In this document: piece by piece, positions 1 through 8,969 of the stretch
How positions within the stretch are numbered: position 1 is the stretch's first letter
How the letters are laid out: the number at the start of each line of letters is the position of its first letter
From: an uncultured Planctomycetales bacterium
Lineage (GTDB): Bacteria > Planctomycetota > MHYJ01 > JACPRB01
NCBI GenBank assembly: GCA_964526305.1
Contig: CAZGKV010000012.1
Coordinates: 8,131-72,130, forward strand
Direction of reading: 5' to 3'
Length of the DNA: 64,000 bases
Notes under the pieces: model-generated
What the model was told of the DNA's origin: nothing
Seen by the model: the letters and a program-made list of their open reading frames with translations, nothing else
The model's database searches: none
Made by a program: the position numbers and the translations under genes

Positions 1-1346
1 CGCTTGCCGCTCTCGGAGTCGAGGGGTGCGTGGTGACGCCGGGGTACCGGTGCACCAAGAGCGTCCCCTCGGAGCCCTTTGCCGCGGCCATCAAGATCCG
101 AGTCGGAGATACGGAGATCGAGCCCACCGTTCGCCGCGCGGGCCGCGTGTTCTTCGTCGACCACGATCCCTACTTCGATCGCGAGGGACTGTATGGGACG
201 GCGAACGGCGACTATAAGGACAATGCGGCCCGATTCGTTCTCTTCAGCCGCGCGGCCATGGAGCTCTTGTGCCGCGTGGCCGTTCCGGACGTGCTCCATG
301 TCCACGATTGGCAGAGCGGGCTGATTCCCATCTATGCCCAGACGCTGTACCGAAAGGCCTGCGAGAAGACGAAGTCGGTCTTTACCATTCACAATCTCGC
401 CTATCAGGGACTGTTCTGGCACTGGGACATGCCGCTGACGGGACTCGACTGGCAGCACTTCAATTGGAAGGAGTTGGAGTTCTTCGGAAAGATCAGTTTC
501 ATCAAGGCGGGAATCGTATTCGCCGACGCCATCACGACGGTGAGCCCGACCTATGCCAAGGAGATTCAGACATCCGAGTTGGGATGCGGGCTCGACGGAG
601 TCCTGCGCGAACGGGATACGGCGCTTCGGGGAATCTTGAACGGCATCGAGGTGTCGGAGTGGAATCCCGAAACCGACCCGCGCCTCCCGGCTCGCTATTC
701 CGCCCGCGCGATCTCCGGGAAGGCCCAATGCAAGGCCGCGTTGCAGGAAAAGTGCGGGCTGGCGATCCTGCCGGAGACGCCGCTCGTGGGCATGATCGGC
801 CGGCTTGCCGAGCAGAAAGGCATCGACCTCTTCTTGGCCGCGGTCGAGGAACTCTTGAAGGAGGAGGTGCAGTTCGTGATCCTGGGTTCCGGGGAGCCGA
901 GATACCAGGAAGCGCTCGGGGCCGTCGCCCGGAAGCAGCCGGAGAGGGTTTCCGTCCAGGTTCGATTCGACGACGCCCTTGCCCATCTCATCGAAGCCGG
1001 TTCGGACATCTTCCTGATGCCCTCGCGGTACGAGCCGTGCGGGCTGAACCAAATCTACAGTCTTCGGTACGGGACGGTCCCGATCGTTCGCGCGACGGGT
1101 GGCTTGGCGGATACGGTGGTTCCGGTGACTCCGGAGACTCAGAGGAAGGGAACGGCGACCGGATTGATGTTCTCCGAGTATGCCCCTTCGGCGCTCGTCG
1201 GAGCCGTCCGCGATGCGCTGGGGCTCTACCGGGACAAGAAGGCCTGGAAGAAACTCGTTGCGACGGGAATGAAGCAGGACTTCTCGTGGAATCGATCGGC
1301 GAAGGAGTACTTGGGGCTGTACGAATCGCTCGTAAGGAAAGGATGA
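1..1346 (+). CDS. glgA: glycogen synthase GlgA (5' partial, continues upstream of window)
   Basis: Translation has GT5/GT1 glycogen-synthase motifs (HDWQSGLIP, TIHNLAYQG, EPCGLNQIYSLRYGTVPIVRATGGLADTV). In-frame from window start. Ends TGA 1344-1346. Confidence 0.9.
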   Translation, partial: LAALGVEGCVVTPGYRCTKSVPSEPFAAAIKIRVGDTEIEPTVRRAGRVFFVDHDPYFDREGLYGTANGDYKDNAARFVLFSRAAMELLCRVAVPDVLHVHDWQSGLIPIYAQTLYRKACEKTKSVFTIHNLAYQGLFWHWDMPLTGLDWQHFNWKELEFFGKISFIKAGIVFADAITTVSPTYAKEIQTSELGCGLDGVLRERDTALRGILNGIEVSEWNPETDPRLPARYSARAISGKAQCKAALQEKCGLAILPETPLVGMIGRLAEQKGIDLFLAAVEELLKEEVQFVILGSGEPRYQEALGAVARKQPERVSVQVRFDDALAHLIEAGSDIFLMPSRYEPCGLNQIYSLRYGTVPIVRATGGLADTVVPVTPETQRKGTATGLMFSEYAPSALVGAVRDALGLYRDKKAWKKLVATGMKQDFSWNRSAKEYLGLYESLVRKG

Positions 1347-1347
1347 G

Positions 1348-1917
1348 ATGACCGATCTTCTGGAGCGCTTCGACGAACTCAGTCAAGAGTACCTCGCTTG
1401 GAAAGACCGCCGGCTCAAGCCGGCGCAAAAGGAATCGGCCAGAGGGCGGGTCGACGGCTACGTCCTTCGAGGAGCGGAGGGAGAAATTCCGCTTTCGAAG
1501 ATCATGGGCGCAAGGTCGGATCTCCTGGTCGTTCACAACATGGGTCGGTCCTGTCCCTACTGCACGATGTGGGCGGACGGCTTCAACGGACTCGTGACGC
1601 ACCTCGAGAATCGCGCGGCCTTCGTCTTGGTCTCCCCGGATCCCGTAGAGGCCCAGCAGGCGGTCCGTCTGAGTCGAGGCTGGAAGTTCTCGATGTACTC
1701 CAGTCTGGGAACGAGATTCAAACGGGATCTCGGATTCGAAGGCGAGGACGGCCGGCAGGTTCCGGGAGTGTCCGCCTTCCGTCGAGACGCGGATGGGACG
1801 ATTCGGAACGTGGCCAACGACGTCTTCGGGCCCGGGGACTCGTACTGCAGCGCCTGGCCGCTCTTCGATCTTCTCGAGGGCGGTCCGGGGAAATGGCAGC
1901 CGAAGCTGGGGTACTAA
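1348..1917 (+). CDS. DUF899 thioredoxin-like domain protein
   Basis: 189 aa with a CPYC motif and DUF899-like architecture. ATG 1348 lies 1 nt after the glgA stop. Confidence 0.7.
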   Translation: MTDLLERFDELSQEYLAWKDRRLKPAQKESARGRVDGYVLRGAEGEIPLSKIMGARSDLLVVHNMGRSCPYCTMWADGFNGLVTHLENRAAFVLVSPDPVEAQQAVRLSRGWKFSMYSSLGTRFKRDLGFEGEDGRQVPGVSAFRRDADGTIRNVANDVFGPGDSYCSAWPLFDLLEGGPGKWQPKLGY

Positions 1918-1952
1918 CGCCCGGGTTGTTTCTGAGCCACGGGCGGATTCCC

Positions 1953-2795
1953 CTACCGCGTCCCTGACCCGAGCGTGACCTCGACTGCGAGGCCGAGCAT
2001 CCAGTCCATCTCGAAGGTGTCGGCGCCCTCCGCCGTGGATAACGAAAACGGTACCAGGACGGTCGGCACGATGGCCACCGCAGGGGCGAGACGGACCGGA
2101 ATCGCCACGGAGATCGCATGCAGAAGGTATCCGGAATTGCGGTCGGTCTCGCCCTCCCAATACGCTCGGCCCTGATAGAGGAGGACATATCGAATCCCGA
2201 ACGCCGCTCGGTCTGCCAGCTGAATTCTCGGTCCGATGGAGAAATCGACAACGGTCGATCCTTGGTATTCCTTCCGATTTTCGTAGAGCGGAGCCTGGAT
2301 GCCGAACGAAGTTTCGATTCCAAGCACCCCCGGATAGAGGCCGTAGTCGAGTCGGAAGATCGGATCGAAGGTACCGTTTCCGAACTGGACGTGTTGATGC
2401 TCGATCCCCAGAGCGGCCAGCGCATAGGGGTTGTCTTCGATTTCCCCGGTGGGAAGGGACACGCCTGCGCCAATGCGGAGCCAGTCCTTCTTCAGGACCA
2501 CGTCCGCTTTTCGGAAGTTCAGGAGCAACCTAAAATCCGAAGGTCCTTCGAGAGTCTCGGTGCGATGATGGAGGCGCCCCGTTGGAGAGTCATAGGGGGA
2601 ACCGTCTGGGAGGTGGTACCGAGCGTTCATCGACTTGACGTCGTAGGGAAGACCGATCTCGACATCCCAATCCGGGGTGAAACTCCAATGGAAGCCGAGT
2701 TCCGTCCGGAACCACTCCATCTGGACGACGTGGGCGTGCTCCACGGGATCGTTCGCAGGGTGGCTTCCGTCCATGACCGCCCACTGCTCGCGCAA
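1953..2795 (-). CDS. putative outer-membrane beta-barrel protein; cognate signal peptide (2868-2939) is separated by two in-frame TGA codons
   Basis: Alternating hydrophobic beta-strand pattern with aromatic C-terminal residues. The first in-frame start is a TTG at 2795. Upstream, in the same frame, lies a 24-aa signal-peptide ORF (GTG 2939, VRLFAAVVVAGLVAALAPLAFGQG) followed by TGA-CCT-GCC-TGA. Confidence 0.5.
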   Translation of the reverse strand: MREQWAVMDGSHPANDPVEHAHVVQMEWFRTELGFHWSFTPDWDVEIGLPYDVKSMNARYHLPDGSPYDSPTGRLHHRTETLEGPSDFRLLLNFRKADVVLKKDWLRIGAGVSLPTGEIEDNPYALAALGIEHQHVQFGNGTFDPIFRLDYGLYPGVLGIETSFGIQAPLYENRKEYQGSTVVDFSIGPRIQLADRAAFGIRYVLLYQGRAYWEGETDRNSGYLLHAISVAIPVRLAPAVAIVPTVLVPFSLSTAEGADTFEMDWMLGLAVEVTLGSGTR

Positions 2796-3022
2796 AGAAA
2801 CTCGAAACTTCCCGACCGGACCGGTCGAGCCCTCCCGAGGAAGGGAGGGATTGCTTCAGGCAGGTCATCCCTGTCCGAAGGCGAGGGGGGCCAGGGCGGC
2901 GACCAGCCCCGCTACGACCACAGCGGCGAAGAGCCTCACGCGAAGGTCAACGGGGAGACGAGTCGGGATATTCACCCGAAATTGGCCCCGCTCCCCTCTC
3001 TTCTGCTATCATTCATCCCCCG

Positions 3023-5119
3023 ATGGCGGTGAATTTCGTCTTTTGCGTCCACAACCATCAACCGGTCGATAATTTCGACCACGTCCTTCAGAAGGCGTAT
3101 GCGGACGCCTATCAGCCGTTCCTCGATCTCCTTCAGCGACATCCGTCGATCAAATTCTGCGCGCATTTCAGCGGTCCCTTGCTCGAGTGGATCGAGAAGA
3201 ATCGTCTCGAGATGTTCATCGCCCTCCGATCCATGGTGGACGCCGGCCGGCTGGAGCTCTTGGGAGGGGGCTTCTACGAGCCGATTTTCTCGATGCTTCC
3301 CGAGGCGGACGTCCTCGGCCAACTCGAGATGATGTCGCGATACCTTCAGCGCCATTTCGGGGCGGAGCCGAAGGGACTCTGGATTCCGGAGCGCGTCTGG
3401 GAGCCGGGATACGCTTCGCTCCTGGCTCGGTCGGGGGCGAGGTACGCCGTTCTGGACGACTTCCACTTCCGAGCCGCGGGACTCCGCGACGACGAGCTGC
3501 GGAGCTACTTCCTCACCGAAGACCGCGGCGAGCTTTTCCGAGTCTTTCCGCTGCGGGAAGCGCTCCGGTACGCCATTCCGTTTCGCGAGCCCGATTGGAC
3601 CGTGCAGTATCTTCGCTCGCAGCCGGAGGGCGCCGTCGTCGTGTACGCGGACGACGGCGAAAAATTCGGCAGTTGGCCTCGGACGAAGCAGCACTGCTAC
3701 GAGTACGGATGGCTCGAGCGCTTCTTGAAAGCGCTCGAATCCGCCCCGGAGATCCGGACCTGCACGTTTCAGGAAGCGCTGGCGTTGCCTCCTGCGGGAC
3801 GCGTCTATCTCCCGTCGTGCTCCTATCGAGAAATGGGGGAGTGGTCGATGCTGCCGGGGGAGCGGACCGAGTTCGAACGGTGGGTCGAGGAACTCCGCCG
3901 TCAGGGTCGCTTCGATTCCGTGAAGCACTTCCTGCCGGGGGGCACGTGGAGGAATTTCAAGGCGAGATACCCCGAGGCCAATCTGATGTACGGCCGCATG
4001 CTCTCCGTCTCGCGCAAGCTTGCCGACGCCCCTCCGGCGGCGCGCCGGGCCGCGGAGCCGGAGCTTTACCGCGCTCAGTGCAACTGCGGGCATTGGCACG
4101 GAGTCTTCGGCGGTCTGTATCTTCCCCATCTCCGACACAGCGTCTACCGACACCTCATCGCGGCCGAAAACGAACTCGAGAAGGATTCGGGACTCGGGGT
4201 CCGGACCCTCGACCTGGACCTCGACGGCTGCGAGGACGTCCGCCTGTTCCATCGGGGACTCAATCTCTTTGTCCTGCCGTCGCAGGGGGGGCGCCTCGCC
4301 GAGATCGATGTGCGCGACCGACTCGTCAATCTTACCCCGGGACTCTCTCGCCGGCCCGAGCCCTACCACGCGAAGGCGCGCGAGGCCGTATTGGACACGG
4401 GAGAGGCGAAGAGCATCCATGACGTCGTGCTCACCAAAGTGTCCGGGATCGAGCGATTCCTGGAGTACGACACGTACACGCATGCGTCCCTTCTCGATCA
4501 CTTCCTGGAACCGGGAACGACGCCGGCCGAGGCGGCGTCGGGCCGGCGCGAGTCGGGGGACTTTCTCGAAGCCCCCTATCGAGTCGTCACCCAACGCCGC
4601 GGCGAACGAGTGATCGCGCAGTTGACGCGGGACGGCCGGGTCCGATGCGCCGGCCGCGACGTTCCCGTGCGGGTGACGAAAGAAGTCGGCTTGGCCGAGG
4701 ATCTCCGCGAGTTCTCCGTCGAATACGCGGTCCGCAATCTCGGGCCGAGCCGCCTCGAGACGATGTTCGCGGTCGAGTACTTCCTGGCCGCCTTCAGCCC
4801 GACGGCTCCCGACGCCTTTCTCCATCGCGGGGACTTCCAACCCATCGGGACTCTCGGGGAGATTCAGGAGATTCCCGGCGGAATGCCCCTTCGCGTTTTC
4901 GACGACTGGCACGACCTCGATCTGGGATTCGTCGCCTCGGGAGACGCGACGTTTTGGATCGTGCCGATCCGGACGGTGTCGATGTCGGAAGGCGGCTTCG
5001 AACTCCTGTACCAGGGGACGCTTCTGATGCCCCGATGGACTCTTCGACTCGATCCCGAGAAGGAGTGGCGCGCCGTCGTCACGCACAAGGTCGCCCTGAT
5101 CGAGAAGGGCGTGCAATGA
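3023..5119 (+). CDS. glycoside hydrolase family 57 (alpha-amylase / 4-alpha-glucanotransferase type)
   Basis: N-terminal CVHNHQP motif and the rest of the GH57 catalytic domain, 698 aa. Sits between glgA and glgC. Confidence 0.85.
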   Translation: MAVNFVFCVHNHQPVDNFDHVLQKAYADAYQPFLDLLQRHPSIKFCAHFSGPLLEWIEKNRLEMFIALRSMVDAGRLELLGGGFYEPIFSMLPEADVLGQLEMMSRYLQRHFGAEPKGLWIPERVWEPGYASLLARSGARYAVLDDFHFRAAGLRDDELRSYFLTEDRGELFRVFPLREALRYAIPFREPDWTVQYLRSQPEGAVVVYADDGEKFGSWPRTKQHCYEYGWLERFLKALESAPEIRTCTFQEALALPPAGRVYLPSCSYREMGEWSMLPGERTEFERWVEELRRQGRFDSVKHFLPGGTWRNFKARYPEANLMYGRMLSVSRKLADAPPAARRAAEPELYRAQCNCGHWHGVFGGLYLPHLRHSVYRHLIAAENELEKDSGLGVRTLDLDLDGCEDVRLFHRGLNLFVLPSQGGRLAEIDVRDRLVNLTPGLSRRPEPYHAKAREAVLDTGEAKSIHDVVLTKVSGIERFLEYDTYTHASLLDHFLEPGTTPAEAASGRRESGDFLEAPYRVVTQRRGERVIAQLTRDGRVRCAGRDVPVRVTKEVGLAEDLREFSVEYAVRNLGPSRLETMFAVEYFLAAFSPTAPDAFLHRGDFQPIGTLGEIQEIPGGMPLRVFDDWHDLDLGFVASGDATFWIVPIRTVSMSEGGFELLYQGTLLMPRWTLRLDPEKEWRAVVTHKVALIEKGVQ

Positions 5120-6015
5120 GGATCCTGATCCTCTCCCGGCGCAAGCGTCTCTACTCGACTCGTCGGCTGGTCGAGGAGGCGCGCCGGCTCGGACACGAGG
5201 TCGACGTCCTCGATCCGCTCCGCTGCGTCCTCCAGATTTCCACCGGGACCCCTCAGTTGCTCCACGGGACCCGGGAGGTCAAGGGCATGGACGTGGTCAT
5301 TCCCCGGATCAGCACCTTCGCGACGGCCTACCTTCTTGCGGTGGTGCGCCAGCTGGAGTGGCTCGGAGTCCCGTCGGTGAACGATCACGGCTCGATCGCG
5401 CGGGCCCGGAACAAGTTGGGATGCCTCCAACTCCTGGCCAGCCGCGGGGTTCGAGTGCCGGACACGCTCATCTCGCGGTATCCGAGGAACATGGATCGGC
5501 TCCTGGAACGGCTCGGAGGCACGCCGGTCATCCTGAAACTCCTTCGGGGCACGCAAGGCACGGGAGTGATCTTCGCCGAGAGCCAGGCTTCCGTGGAGTC
5601 GATGCTCGAGACGATCTGGAGTCTGGGCGAAGACATCATGCTTCAACGTTTCGTGGCGGAGTCGAAGGGCCGGGACGTCCGGGCCCTGGTGATCGACGGA
5701 AAAGTGCGCTCGTCCATGAGGCGCGTAGCGCGGGAGGGCGAATTTCGCTCGAACATCCATCGGGGCGGGGTGGGAGAGTCGATTCGCTTGCCGAAGGAAT
5801 TCGAGCGAGCCGCGTTGAGCGCGACGGAGGCGGTCGGCTTGAGACTCGCGGGGGTCGACATCCTGGAGTCGTCCGACGGACCGCAGGTGATCGAGGTGAA
5901 CTCGTCGCCCGGGTTTCAGGGCCTCGAGGCCGCGACGGGGGAGAACGTCGCGAGGATGATCGTGGAGTTCGCCGCGAAGACGGCGCGGAAGGCCCGAAGC
6001 GCGGGGAGGCGATGA
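5116..6015 (+). CDS. rimK: RimK-family ATP-grasp alpha-L-glutamate ligase
   Basis: 299 aa: MRILILSRR...YSTRRLVEEA...VIEVNSSPGFQGLE ATP-grasp motifs. ATG 5116 overlaps the GH57 stop (ATGA). Confidence 0.85.
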   Translation: MRILILSRRKRLYSTRRLVEEARRLGHEVDVLDPLRCVLQISTGTPQLLHGTREVKGMDVVIPRISTFATAYLLAVVRQLEWLGVPSVNDHGSIARARNKLGCLQLLASRGVRVPDTLISRYPRNMDRLLERLGGTPVILKLLRGTQGTGVIFAESQASVESMLETIWSLGEDIMLQRFVAESKGRDVRALVIDGKVRSSMRRVAREGEFRSNIHRGGVGESIRLPKEFERAALSATEAVGLRLAGVDILESSDGPQVIEVNSSPGFQGLEAATGENVARMIVEFAAKTARKARSAGRR

Positions 6016-7025
6016 TTCCCGAGCAGCGCGAACACTTCGAGATCGCGGGGATCACGGTCCACGTCGGGACGAAGAAGGACGTTCATCTCAAGATCACCGA
6101 GCTCTTCACCGCGACGCCGGTGTTCATTCCGGTGACGGTCATCCACGGTACCCACTCGGGTCCGACCCTGTTCGTGACGGCGGCCATTCACGGGGACGAG
6201 ATCAACGGGATCGAAATCGTCCGTTCGATTCGGAACGACGTGGATCCCCACCAGCTGCGCGGCACGCTTCTCCTCGTGAGCGTGGCGAATCCGATCGCGT
6301 TCATGACCCAGACTCGAGACCTTCCCGACGGCCGCGATCTGAACCGCTTTTTCCCCGGACGCAAGGAAGGGTCGATGGCCTCCCACATCGCCTCGCACAT
6401 CTTCCGCAAGCTGGTGCGACATGCCAATTGGGGCATCGACCTCCACACGGCGGCGCGGGGGCGGGTAAACCTTCCCCACGTTCGTGCGGACATGCGCGTG
6501 CAAGCCGTACGACGCCTCGCCCACGCCTTCGGCGCGGAGATCATCCTGGACATGGACGGCGACAAGGGCACCCTGAGGTCGGCCGCGACCCGGGTGGGAA
6601 TCCCGACCATCGTCTTCGAAGCGGGAGAGCCGCTCAAGTTTCAGCGATCCCTGATCGAGAAGGGGATCCACGGGGTGCGCAATGCGCTGGCGGAAATCGG
6701 AATGTACTCCTTCCCGAGAGTCTCGCCGCTTTTCCAAATCGTCGTCGACGATCATCGGTGGATCCGGGCCGAGAACGGAGGCATCTTGATCCTCAATGTT
6801 CGCCCCGGTGATATAATTTCAAAAGGAGATGAGATCGCGCTGAACACGAAACCGTTCGGCACCGAGTTGAAGCGACTCCGGGCTCCCTACACCGGACTGG
6901 TGGTCGGCTGCACGACGCTTCCGATGGCGATTCCCGGTTCGGCGGTGTGTCACCTCGTCAAGCTCGATCATCGCGCCGCCCTGCTTAAGAAGCTGCTTCG
7001 GAGGCAGAGATTGGTGTACGAATGA
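6012..7025 (+). CDS. succinylglutamate desuccinylase/aspartoacylase (AstE/AspA) family zinc hydrolase
   Basis: 337 aa with the HGDEINGIE metal-binding motif and a C-terminal beta-domain. ATG overlaps the rimK stop (ATGA). RimK genes are commonly followed by an AstE_AspA-family gene. Confidence 0.8.
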   Translation: MIPEQREHFEIAGITVHVGTKKDVHLKITELFTATPVFIPVTVIHGTHSGPTLFVTAAIHGDEINGIEIVRSIRNDVDPHQLRGTLLLVSVANPIAFMTQTRDLPDGRDLNRFFPGRKEGSMASHIASHIFRKLVRHANWGIDLHTAARGRVNLPHVRADMRVQAVRRLAHAFGAEIILDMDGDKGTLRSAATRVGIPTIVFEAGEPLKFQRSLIEKGIHGVRNALAEIGMYSFPRVSPLFQIVVDDHRWIRAENGGILILNVRPGDIISKGDEIALNTKPFGTELKRLRAPYTGLVVGCTTLPMAIPGSAVCHLVKLDHRAALLKKLLRRQRLVYE

Positions 7026-7681
7026 CTCCGGATGACGTGACGATGGCGGGTCGACTGGGACTCGCGCTCCTGCTGGGCGGGTTCATCGGGTTGGAGCGCG
7101 AAACGCACAGCCAAGCGGCCGGACTCCGGACGCACATGGTGGTCGCCGTCGCGTCCGCGTTGATCATGCTCGTCTCGATGCGGGTTGGAGGAGATACGGG
7201 TCGCGGAGATCCCGGCCGGATCGCGGCCCAGGTGGTCAGCGGCATCGGCTTTCTCGGGGCAGGCGCGATCTTCCGCTATGGAATGACCATCCGCGGCCTT
7301 ACGACCGCCGCCTGTCTGTGGGCGGCCGCGGGCATCGGATTGGCCTGCGGTCTGGGCTATTGGAAGGGCGCGGTGGCCACCACGGGGGGCGTGCTCATCG
7401 CCACGTTCCTCTTCGACAAGGTGGAACGCGCGTTTCTCCGCGAGAGCCAGTACAAGCGGTTCGTGATCAGCTCCAAGGACGGTCCCGATCTCATGCCCCG
7501 CGTCGATTCGGTCCTCGGCAAGCACGGCATCTCGATCAAGCAGCGGGGCCTGCATCAGGACTTCACCAGCAAGACCGTCCAGATCACGCTCACGGCCGCC
7601 GTACCCCAGTCGTGCAACCTGGAGGCTCTGATGCGCGAGCTCGACTCGATCCCCGAAGTCGAGAAGGTGGAAGTCGAATAG
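7022..7681 (+). CDS. mgtC: MgtC/SapB family membrane protein
   Basis: GGFIGLERE and GAGAIFRYG motifs, a 4-TM N-terminal half and an ACT-like C-terminal half. Start overlaps the preceding stop. Confidence 0.8.
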   Translation: MTPDDVTMAGRLGLALLLGGFIGLERETHSQAAGLRTHMVVAVASALIMLVSMRVGGDTGRGDPGRIAAQVVSGIGFLGAGAIFRYGMTIRGLTTAACLWAAAGIGLACGLGYWKGAVATTGGVLIATFLFDKVERAFLRESQYKRFVISSKDGPDLMPRVDSVLGKHGISIKQRGLHQDFTSKTVQITLTAAVPQSCNLEALMRELDSIPEVEKVEVE

Positions 7682-7685
7682 TCCC

Positions 7686-8912
7686 ATGGATCTCTCGCAT
7701 ACGCTCGTCGTCCTGCTGGCCGGCGGCAAGGGGCAGCGTCTGGAGCCGCTTACCCGCGACCGAGCCAAACCTGCGGTCCCGTTCGGCGGAATCTATCGCA
7801 TCATCGATTTTACGTTGTCGAATTGCCTGAACTCGGACCTCCACAAAGTGCTGGTGCTGGTCCAGTATCGGTCGCGCTCTCTTCAGAGCCACCTTCGCGA
7901 CGGATGGCAGGTGTATTTCAATCCCGCGGTGGGCGAGTTCCTCGAACCCCTCCCCCCGCAGCACGGAGGAGGGACCGACACCTACATCGGTACGGCCGAT
8001 GCCGTCTTCCAAAATCTCTTCGCGGTCCGCGAGGAATCGTGCGAATCGGTTCTCATCTTGGCCGGGGATCACATCTACAAGATGGACTACCGTCACATGC
8101 TCCGCTTTCACGCGGAGCGACAGGCGGAACTCACCGTGGGTGCGGTCGAGGTGCCCAGGTCCGAGTCCTCGCAGTTCGGCATTCTCCAAGTGGACCCCTC
8201 CGGACGCATCGTCGGGTTTCAGGAGAAGCCCGCCGAGGGACATCCGATTCCTGCGAATCCCGCCGTCTGCCTCGCCTCGATGGGGATCTACGTCTTCGAC
8301 TTCGAGGTGATGGAGGCGGTCTTGCGCGAGGATTCCCGGGATCCGAAGAGCACGCACGATTTCGGAAAGGACATCATTCCGCGCATGGTGGGGAGGAACA
8401 CCGTGTTCGCCTTCCCGTTCGTCGACGAGAACCGCAAGGAGTCGAAGTATTGGCGCGACGTGGGGACCCTGGACGCCTACTACGCGGCGAATATGGACTT
8501 GGTGTCGGTGACGCCGCACCTCAATCTCTACGATCCGAGCTGGCTTATTCGCACGGTGCCGGTCATGGCGCCGCCGCCGAAGTTCGTCTTCGCGCAGGAA
8601 TTCCCTGGGGGCAGGTTGGGAGTGGCGCTGGATTCGATGATTTCGCCCGGATGCATCATCTCCGGCGGGCGCGTCCGCAATTCGATCTTCTCGCCCCACG
8701 TTCGGATCAACAGCTACGCGCAAGTCGAAGAGTCCATCCTGTTCGAGAGCGTCGCCGTGGGACGTCACGCCAAGATCCGCCGCGCCATCATCGACAAGGA
8801 CGTGGTCATTCCCGAGGGGATGGAGATCGGATACGATTCCGAAGAGGACCGCCGGCGCTTCACGGTGAGCGAGGGGGGCATCGTGGTCATCTCCAAGCGG
8901 GCGGTGCTGTAG
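7686..8912 (+). CDS. glgC: glucose-1-phosphate adenylyltransferase
   Basis: LAGGKGQRLEPLTRDRAKPAVPFGGIYRIIDFTLSNC N-terminus and a left-handed beta-helix C-terminus, 408 aa. Confidence 0.9.
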   Translation: MDLSHTLVVLLAGGKGQRLEPLTRDRAKPAVPFGGIYRIIDFTLSNCLNSDLHKVLVLVQYRSRSLQSHLRDGWQVYFNPAVGEFLEPLPPQHGGGTDTYIGTADAVFQNLFAVREESCESVLILAGDHIYKMDYRHMLRFHAERQAELTVGAVEVPRSESSQFGILQVDPSGRIVGFQEKPAEGHPIPANPAVCLASMGIYVFDFEVMEAVLREDSRDPKSTHDFGKDIIPRMVGRNTVFAFPFVDENRKESKYWRDVGTLDAYYAANMDLVSVTPHLNLYDPSWLIRTVPVMAPPPKFVFAQEFPGGRLGVALDSMISPGCIISGGRVRNSIFSPHVRINSYAQVEESILFESVAVGRHAKIRRAIIDKDVVIPEGMEIGYDSEEDRRRFTVSEGGIVVISKRAVL

Positions 8913-8915
8913 AAG

Positions 8916-8931
8916 AAGCATCTAGATGCTT
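8916..8931. promoter_or_regulatory. perfect 16-bp palindrome AAGCATCTAGATGCTT directly after glgC stop and just upstream of the -35 box of the next gene
   Basis: Seen directly in sequence. Could be a terminator stem or an operator. Confidence 0.4.
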
Positions 8932-8934
8932 TCC

Positions 8935-8963
8935 TTGACCCTGAGGAAGGGCCTCCCTAGAAT
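8935..8963 (+). promoter_or_regulatory. sigma70-like promoter TTGACC-17 nt-TAGAAT positioned 6 nt upstream of ATG 8970 (leaderless transcript predicted)
   Basis: -35 box 8935-8940, -10 box 8958-8963. Confidence 0.5.
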
Positions 8964-8969
8964 CCGGGC

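Noticed and set aside
2972-5116. 714-aa minus-strand ORF
   Set aside because: Antisense to the GH57 gene, which has the diagnostic HNHQP motif. An artefact.
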